Positions 55,362-64,000 of a stretch of 64,000 nucleotides of DNA are shown one piece after another (the first letter of the stretch is position 1; each line of letters begins with the position of its first letter). The stretch is taken from the NCBI RefSeq assembly GCF_033153115.1, contig NW_026889805.1, forward strand, positions 17,236,001 to 17,300,000, given 5' to 3'. This DNA is from Saccostrea echinata. Lineage: Eukaryota. A program made the position numbers and the translations under genes. The notes below the pieces were generated by a model that was given only the letters and a program-made list of their open reading frames with translations, had not been told where the DNA came from and ran no database searches.

Positions 55362-58154
55362 AAGTCAAAAAACCCTAGCTTTCGATGCCGATGGATATTC
55401 TCGTGGCGTCGCCCTACACTACACGGTCATTAAGAATGGAAGTGAGATACAGTTATTTGAACATAAGTTTTATTAGAGGATACACATTGTAATAAATTAA
55501 TTTTGTTTATAAAGCACATTTCTATGGAACATAGGTAGATTTAGAAACCTACATTCAAGTCCGAGTTTCGTATGTAAATCTTGACCAAGCCTACTCCCAT
55601 CAAAAAAAAAAAAAAATAATTGGGTAGAATCTAAGTATGATTTAAAACTCGAAATTAAAGCGAGGAATTTTTCTGTATCACCAAAGATAACTTATTCCAA
55701 ATACGTATTGTACTGGGAAAGAAGATAGTACAGTAGAGTTCTAGTTTGAATTTCTTGTAGTGAGTTTTCTTGTCTGGTGTTGTAACATTGTCTATGATTG
55801 CCGTAATCGGAGATGATATTTACTAAATATTTTAAAATAGTCTGATTTTGTATGATATAAAAACTGAGGTTAGTCCACAGAGTGAAACTTTTTTTTACAA
55901 CCAATGAAAACACGCTCAATAGTGTCTACTTCTTGTTTACAGAAAGAACTATTGTCCAAATTTTTAATCTCATTTTTTTTCTTCAAATAATAGTGAACAG
56001 GCAGAATCCAAAATAAAGTTCTATATTGTAACCATTGAAATACAGAGTCCTTTGTTGTTTTAAAACAAATTTTAAAGACATCTGTAACACAAATTCCACA
56101 TGAAGATAACTCCACATTCCACTATTTAGAGATTTTAAAACAGAACACTGCATGAAAATTGATAAATGATGAAAACCTTCTATATTTTATATTTTACATA
56201 GCTTGTAGAATTTAAATAATAAGAATCAGATATATTCATAACCGATCTGTAATTACGAGAGCAATTTAACGGGCCTAAAGTTAAGGTTTGCTTTTTTCAA
56301 ACTAATATCAGAATCCTTGTACAATTTTCCTTTCAGGAGAGAGACATGAAGAACCTACATATTTGAAAATTCCTTCTGCAAATGCTCATTTGAGTCCTTG
56401 CATATTCATTTTTAGATTACAATTTCGTAAACAGCATCGCCTCCCTGCACCTAAATCTGATTACCTCATATAGTGAATATCTCAGTGAGTCGAGGAATGG
56501 CATACTATTTAGTGATGTTCCTCCGGATTTTCATAATCCTATGTGTTTATAAAAATTGTCTCATTATTTACGACCTAGACCGTAGCATGGGTACTATACA
56601 TCATCAAAATAAGCCTAAAAATTATCCAATATCCCTTACACGTAATTCCACTGCCTACGTCCTAGGGATTAAAGGGAGGTTACAACTGACGAAATCTCTT
56701 GTTTCTCTCCCTTGATTTATATTTGATTATCTATTTTCTCAACCACCGTATGAGGAAAAAAGCGACAATCTATCACGGCATATTACCACTGACGATATTT
56801 CAATATTAACTGACCCAAATTACATTACCGATAAAAACTGTCTCCATTTCAAATCGAAGTGTCATAAATTTTTTATGCGATATTGTCAATGAATTCGACG
56901 TAGTTTACAAATGGTTTTTAAAAGACTTACATATGCCTTTTGGTTATCTCTTTATGAAATCCCTTAAATTTCATTTTACAAACAAGATTTATCAAGATAT
57001 ATAACGCAGTGAATCAAGGAGTTGAAGGATTTCAGAAAATATTTCGAAGACCGACAAAAAAATTAAAATGAGAAAAAAAGTGACAACCAAAAATTTGCAA
57101 AATGGCAATTCTTTATGTTCATGATGGATAATGAATGTACATAAATCTCAACGTCTGTAAAATTGAAAAAAAAAAAAACAACAACAACTTTACTTTATAG
57201 ATTTACATACAAATGTCCATAATTTTTCGTGAAGGACTTTATTTCTCATTGTTTGTTTTCGACCTAGTTACTTTTAGTCTTATTTATAAATATATGATGT
57301 ATAGAAATCTTTACGGACGACACGAGGGTCATTATACCTTGTACAGAACCCAGAGGGCGCTCTCTTATCCCCTTAAAGTGTTTGTTTATTTATTAAGCAT
57401 GCTCCCTACACCTAGTTATCGTTGTATGTTTATGTTTAATCCGATAAATTGAAATGAGTGCTATGATTGATTAAACCTTTGATTGACATTCCTGTCGTAC
57501 GCTGAACAAGAATAATAAGGCTGATAAGTTTTATCATCATCTTTTGTACTTACCCGTAAATGGTTCCATCAAAGCCACCCGCCAGAATATAGAACTACTG
57601 CACAATCATTACACTACATGCTTATGTCGAACAATATATATTGTAGAAAGTTACAATCCAACGGACCCTGGATCTGATATTTTCAATTGCAAACTTTTGA
57701 AGTTTTCTTAAGTAAATGGAGCTGGAGTTTATAATTCATGTCTGTTGCTTAAATGATTTTTTAATTCATTTTTTTATTTCAAGAGATCTAAGATTTTATC
57801 ATTTTGCTATAATTTCGGTGTATATTCAGTCGTCATCGCATTGCAAAAAATTCTACAAATGTGCTTTACGTTCACTCTACAGACCCCGCCCCCTCTAGTA
57901 AAAGTTGAGGTCCTATATCATAAATCTAATTCTCAAACACGGCGATAAGAAGCTAAAAATTCTTCTAAACTTTGTGCCTGTTGGTCAATCCGGTTTCAGA
58001 AAGGGAGGGATTAGGCAAAATACCAATTTAACATCAATACCGGAATACAAATCGACGAAATAAAATATAAGATGTTAATTTACGATATATTTAACACTGT
58101 GAAAAAACTAGGACCGGACTGAATTCGTTGTCATTTCACACTTTATTTCAAGTG

Positions 58155-59753
58155 ATGGGGAAGAATACTGTCTCGATTATTTGTGCTTGTTTTCTTCTCT
58201 TGGAAACCGTTCTTGGAGGGTGCCCGTCTGCATGTCGGTGTACATTTGGGGATACAGTTGTACAATGTTCGGGAGGATTATCATCGATTCCCAGGGGAAT
58301 TCCGACCACCGTGAAGGTCTTACATCTGTCTGGAACAGCCACACAGACAAATTCTATCACTGGCCTTACAAAGAATGATTTAGCGGGCTACTCCTTATTA
58401 CAACGCCTGTATTTGTCGTTTTGTGGGATTGAGTCAATCGAAGATGGTGCTTTTGAAAGTCTCTCGAATTTAAGAACTTTGGATCTATCTTATAACCAAC
58501 TAAAGTCAGTAAGTGCACATACATTTCGAGGAATATCGAAATTAACAAAACTTGAATTAACAGGAAATGAAAATTGCATCATCGAAGAAAATGCCTTTCA
58601 TAGTTTTCCGAGTCTTCTTGAGCTATTTCTTGGACAAATGAAATTGATCGACGTTCAGCCATACTTATTTTATTATTCTCAAAAACTGGTTCATTTAGAT
58701 TTACATGGAAACGAACTTGTAGAACTAGAGTCGGATATTTTCAAGAATCTTGCGTCTTTAGGCAGCTTAGATTTGACAGGAAACCGTTTGATTGCCCTTC
58801 CATCCTTTACTTATCAGCAGATGGTGCACTTAAAAAGTCTCTATATGGGTGGAAACGCATGGCATTGCAACTGCGAAATGAATGCCCTGAAAAAATGGAC
58901 GAATTTAAAAGAACCAGTAATTTGCAACGCGCCCAAAAAGTTAGAAAACCGGAATTTGATGATTATTCCAGACAGTGAAATGCCCTGCATCCCTCCTTAC
59001 AATGCCACGTGTGACAAGAAAACTGTTACTGTGAATGAAACAAACCCCATTCGCGTTAACTGTCGCTTTTATGGCGGAGATCCGCGCCCATACCCAATGT
59101 GGACCAAACCGAACGGAGAAGAATTGCTTGTTAAGAACTCAACGAATTCTTCTCACGTAGTACTTCCGGACGGAACTCTCATAATTCCTGCTTCTGTGGA
59201 AAGTGATACAGGAGACTGGATTTTAACGATATCAAACACGCACGGTAACGACATCAAAGTGGTTGTTCATATTGAAGTGAAAATTGTAACCACAACCACC
59301 ACGACTACTACCACCACCACGACTACTACTACCACTCCAACTACCACCACTACAACTTCTACTACCACCACCACTACTCCTACTACTACCACCACCACCA
59401 CTCCTACCACCACCACAACACAACCACCAACGACGACAACCACTTTGAAAACAACTACCACTGCAACAAATCCAACCACAACCGATAATTCACCGACGAC
59501 AAATACTGGCGACTCTCAAGGAAACTTACAGAGAATAGGTATAATTCTAACTATAGTCGGAGGCAGCTCGCTGCTGATAACGTCCATCTGTATTGCAATT
59601 ATGTACTTTGCATTTTGTAAGCACACTCCGGTACAAGCCTACTCCGGTCCGATCAAGAATAACAAAGTGGGACGGAAACCAAGTTATGACTTCCGGAGAG
59701 CAGAACGAAATAACAATGCCTTTACCATTATCGAAACTCTCTCAGAACTATGA
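58155..59753 (+). CDS. LRR-Ig-Thr-stalk type I transmembrane receptor, 532 aa, single coding exon
   Basis: Signal peptide MGKNTVSIICACFLLLETVLG, LRRNT CPSACRC..C, ~8 LRRs, LRRCT NAWHCNC...CNAP...C, Ig-like domain, ~75-aa Thr stalk, TM IGIILTIVGGSSLLITSICIAIMYFAF, and a tail ending LSEL. A splice acceptor TTTCAAG just upstream suggests a 5'UTR intron. Confidence 0.93.
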   Translation: MGKNTVSIICACFLLLETVLGGCPSACRCTFGDTVVQCSGGLSSIPRGIPTTVKVLHLSGTATQTNSITGLTKNDLAGYSLLQRLYLSFCGIESIEDGAFESLSNLRTLDLSYNQLKSVSAHTFRGISKLTKLELTGNENCIIEENAFHSFPSLLELFLGQMKLIDVQPYLFYYSQKLVHLDLHGNELVELESDIFKNLASLGSLDLTGNRLIALPSFTYQQMVHLKSLYMGGNAWHCNCEMNALKKWTNLKEPVICNAPKKLENRNLMIIPDSEMPCIPPYNATCDKKTVTVNETNPIRVNCRFYGGDPRPYPMWTKPNGEELLVKNSTNSSHVVLPDGTLIIPASVESDTGDWILTISNTHGNDIKVVVHIEVKIVTTTTTTTTTTTTTTTTPTTTTTTSTTTTTTPTTTTTTTPTTTTTQPPTTTTTLKTTTTATNPTTTDNSPTTNTGDSQGNLQRIGIILTIVGGSSLLITSICIAIMYFAFCKHTPVQAYSGPIKNNKVGRKPSYDFRRAERNNNAFTIIETLSEL

Positions 59754-61982
59754 AAGTCTGGAAAAACAGACATTGCAAATGGCCAGTCCTTTATTAAATT
59801 TTCTCAATCAATTATAAATTAAATGGTTTGGTCTGCTGTTTGATTATAATATGATGAATACCATTTGTCTTTGAAGATAATCGAAAATAAACAGGACAGT
59901 TTTCTAAGTTTTACTATATATTTTCTAAAATTTTGCTTTTAACAAATTGCATCAAACAAATTTGCTCAAAATACGTGTACATGCTAGTCGTTTTTGTATT
60001 TACACAGTTAACATTTATTGTTCATTTCACAACACAGATGTATCAACATAAATTTTATGACTACATTTTTCCACATCATGTATTAAAAAAAAGATAAAGA
60101 GGATTTAGAATATAGACTTTACCATCCCTAGGTGTGAATATTTTTGTATCTATTTATTTACATGTAATAATTGTTAAAGTGTCATCGATTTCATGTACAT
60201 AATATTTTTTTGCATCTTTTAGTATTGTAGCTGTATTGTATGAACAATTAATCATCAAATTTATTGACAAATAATTACATGTATCAGGGCCATGTACTGA
60301 TATTACATGTATGTCTTACAGTTGTTGATTTTTGAGATTGTTTTTGGTAATCATTGGCGTTATTTATTGACTAAATGAAACATCTCAAATGAGTGGTACG
60401 TGCAGTTTTGTACCAGTAATGTGTTTGTTTATCAGTTGTTGATGTGATTTGAAGAATTAAAACCTTTTGTTTTCTAGATTATTTTTCTTTTGAATATTCA
60501 ACAGCTTACGATATATAAGAAACAAACATTATCAATGTGGTCTAGAATTAAAATTTCAGGACTATTTCTACAATTAATCTAATTTAAGAAAAAATAATCT
60601 ACGCGCACGGATTTTCTTAAATCTACAATGTGGAAATGCTTGGCTCGAATTCGAAAACACGTAATTTAGTTTTATGAACATGTATTTAACAAAAGTCAAA
60701 TAAAAGAAACTCCATAAGACCTTTATCTCGTATCCTTAAGTCAACCAAGAAAGAATGGCGCCATCATTGTGCAACGTCAAATTATTTAAACAAATATGGC
60801 AACGAAAGTGTTAAAAAAAATGATAACAGGTTGAATTTTCATTTTTCACAGATTGTCGAAAGAAAGACCTGCTTATTTATAATAGCATGCCACCTCATGG
60901 AAAGTCAACCACGCAATTCTTTGGGTATCTGAATTCTTCTGAAAGATGGATTTAAATTTAATTCAATAGACCTGCCTTTCACTTTCTCAACTGCCCCTTA
61001 TGAATGATGTAAACTTAATGAAGGAAAAGTTCAATAATGTTCAAGTTCTTTTCTGGCAAGTTTGCTCGGAAAATATTTAAGAAATACATTAGTGCATTAT
61101 TTTAAATGGGGTTGTTTGGCATTTGGAGTAAAGATGCTAAGTGATTTTTTTTTCCATCTATGGGAAAAAAAACCCAATAATTAACAACAAACATACAAGA
61201 TATAACATCAATACTTTGGTGTCAGTTCTGTATATCAATTGCTGTTGCTTTCATTCCAAAATAAGTTCAAAATATTCATTTTTCTGATAAATCCATCACC
61301 CACCCACCCCCAATCCAACCCTCCCCCAAATCTTGCAATATTTTGAATCCAAAGGGAAAGGGAATGGATGCTGTATGCAATATAACTGCAGATTTAGAAG
61401 AAACGGACTAAGCTTTTTGTTTGAGAATAAAATAAAAATGATGGAATTTCAAAATTTAAATTAGCAACAGGAAATGAAGAAAATACAATAGAAATAAAAT
61501 TTTCAGAAAATAAAATATACATAGATTTCATTGGGTCCATAACTTTGTATACATTTTAATGGAGAAAAATACTTTGTTAACAAATATTTTTGTTTCTCTC
61601 TTTTTAAACCTTAACATGGGGGGGGGGGGGGGAGAAAATCAGTTAATCAAAATGCCTGTTGGTGGTCTCATACGTCACATGACAAAACAATTATCAAGTA
61701 CGAGGACAACCGTTATTACATAAATTAAAACAGGTATGAAAATACAGTAAATACTGTCTCATCCGACACATAAAATCCATTTCACTGCAAAATCCGATCT
61801 TTATATTTATTCCCACTTTTACAATTTTCAAAGTTCTTATACTGTGTATTTCAATATTCTGTCTATTCTGACCAAAAAATGTTTTCTATTGCATGTCAGA
61901 TTAACAGGTTCTAATGTATGTTTCCTTCTTTCGACAATAAGGCGTGATCGTCAATTAAATTTCACCTAAATTCACGGAAAGC

Positions 61983-62426
61983 GTAATATGTTGACGGTGC
62001 AACCGTTAGGGCGAGCGCAGATACCTTTCAGTTTTAATTTAGATCGGGCTAGTCAAACAGCACGTGACATTTGCTACGTCTAGACTCTGACGTCATATGA
62101 CGTCGTATGTGCATTGTGTATGTTGCATTACCAAAACGAAGTCTGAACAGTGCTAATTTTAATCAAGAATGTTTGATCTACTATTTATCTGCTTTATATC
62201 CATTATTTCAAGGTGATTTTATTTTTTGTCGAGTTTTTGTTGCTACCGCGAGAACGTTGTTTGCGGCGAGATGCAATTCGCTAAGCATTATGGGACCACA
62301 GGTAACTGCGGAAAAAAATTCATTTGGATCAATGTGTAAAGTCCGAATTTTCTCTTCGCCCAGGCGTTGCTTTAAGAGCTCGCAGTGACGAGCGGCGCTT
62401 CGCGCCGCTCGCTGCGCTCGCTATTA
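61983..62426 (+). mobile_element. Interspersed element with GC-rich terminal hairpin (copy 2)
   Basis: Homologous to the reverse complement of 40607-41035; ends GAGCGGCGC-TTC-GCGCCGCTCGCTGCGCTCGCTATTA. Confidence 0.7.
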
Positions 62427-62899
62427 CAAGTGGTCATTCCATCTTTTAAATATAGATATTAAACAAGTATAGTTTTTTCATTTCCATTAATCGTGAAAAT
62501 TTAGAAAAACTTAATAATAATTGCTATAAAAAAATTAAAGTGTCAGTTTCATTTACTGCAATTTTCTTTTGTTCGTTTTGTCGATTTTTTAAGACTGAAA
62601 ATCTTGAAAAATTGTTAAGTCGTACGAAATTTAGATTACCAGAAAATAATCTCCCTTGCCTATCACAGCATTTCAACCAATAAAATAATTGAAAATTTTC
62701 ACATCATGCATTTTCTACGAATCACAGAAGAGAGGAAGTGCATGTTTATCTCATTTTTGTGAATTTATTATCAAAACTCTAAAAATCACAATGACTTCCA
62801 GTCGGAAAAAAAAACAAAGGATGAATGACTGCACAGTCATGCATCCTTTTAAAAGGTCTCGTCGAAAAGACCCATAAATTTCAATTCAAAGTGCCCAAC

Positions 62900-63100
62900 A
62901 CTCAAGGCAATCTTTAGACCTGTACTCGTCAAATTAGCACTATAGTAAAGGATATTTTTCGAGCCCACATTTACTGTGACACATATACGGTTTCATCCGA
63001 AGGAGCGGTCTCCACTTTCCGCAGTGGGATTCGAACCCACGACATAAGGATCAACTACTTGTGAAACGCTTTAAGTGCCTACTAAACTGCGCCTCACGGG
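62900..63100 (-). mobile_element. Degraded tRNA-derived SINE fragment
   Basis: GTGGGATTCGAACCCAC B-box, with a body similar to the fragments at ~34490-34580 and ~38570-38665. Confidence 0.5.
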
Positions 63101-64000
63101 TTACTTATGCGTCGTAAAACATCGGACAGGAGCAAAAAAAAATTATCAGCAAAATCAGGAAATTTGATAAAATTAATTTGCTATGGTAAATGATCTGAAA
63201 TGATTTTCATCCAACTCGCATGTTTTCTTTTTTCTCTCCAAAGTCTCTGGGTTAGAAAAACACATAGCAGATTGGATAAAAAAAAATCAATTTTTAAAGC
63301 AACCATGATCCCTGGATTTATCTTACATGAACAATTGTAGTGCAGACATGACATTCTTGTCGTATTGACACAATCAATATTGCATTATATTTATAGTGTA
63401 GAAAATTCATAATGAACAGTGCAATAGTAAGTAGTAAGTCGGAGCAAAACTGGACCACGTTTAAATACAATTGTATTGCACAGCTCTTTCGATATTTACA
63501 CGAAAATTTTATCAACGCAAGAGTTCAAATTTGAATATCCATTTAACGATCTAAAAGTGAAAATAAACACTTTATACCGTATAAAAACAAAATTATTTCT
63601 ACATTTATATTTTCATGAATTGAAGTTTCACACGATTTCTAAGAGACTGAGCAGAGTGAAAACTATGTGTTTTTGTGATAATCCAAATCACAAAAAGTAG
63701 CTTTCACGTCAGCCATTAGTTTAAAGTTGTCCACATTTAGCGGCAAAACCGATTGAAAAATAAGTGTTGTCGCGGTGTGTCCCGTAAATTACTCCTAATT
63801 GAAATGTAACGATATCTTTATGGAAACGAAACGTCAAACATTCTCTCTACGATAACCTCGACAAATAGCCATTGTCCAATTAATCTGCAATTCCCGATTC
63901 CCGTGTCTTTAGTTTGGGGGTATAAGGGCCACTCAAGGGAACTATTTGGATATCAGTGAGATATATCTTATTTGTATTTTAGTCATTCTCTTCGCCACAT

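Overview
AT-rich eukaryotic genomic DNA with GT-AG introns. The repeat families (Helentron/HINE-like elements with ~166-168 bp central arrays, Penelope-like RT fragments, many MITEs) suggest an oyster-like bivalve; the taxon is an inference. Six protein-coding loci can be built by hand: CLN5 (+, 5 exons, 872-5533); centrin (-, 5 exons, 11951-18402); intronless GTPBP4/NOG1 (+, 19279-21189), head-to-head with centrin; an LRR-Ig-Thr-stalk-TM receptor (-, 28380-29948) with an in-frame TGA exactly at a conserved LRRCT cysteine; a clan-2-like cytochrome P450 (+, ~42070-45700) with an intact heme motif but no I-helix acid-alcohol pair; and an intact LRR-Ig paralog (+, 58155-59753). Both receptors have an atypical Ig domain (no F-strand Cys, extra A-strand Cys) and an insertion in LRR1. 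The rest is nested non-autonomous DNA transposons, several with readable TSDs, ultra-short foldback insertions, and a ~2.1 kb duplication whose junction coincides with a transposon end. All coordinates were read by eye; repeat superfamily labels rest on termini and TSD patterns only.
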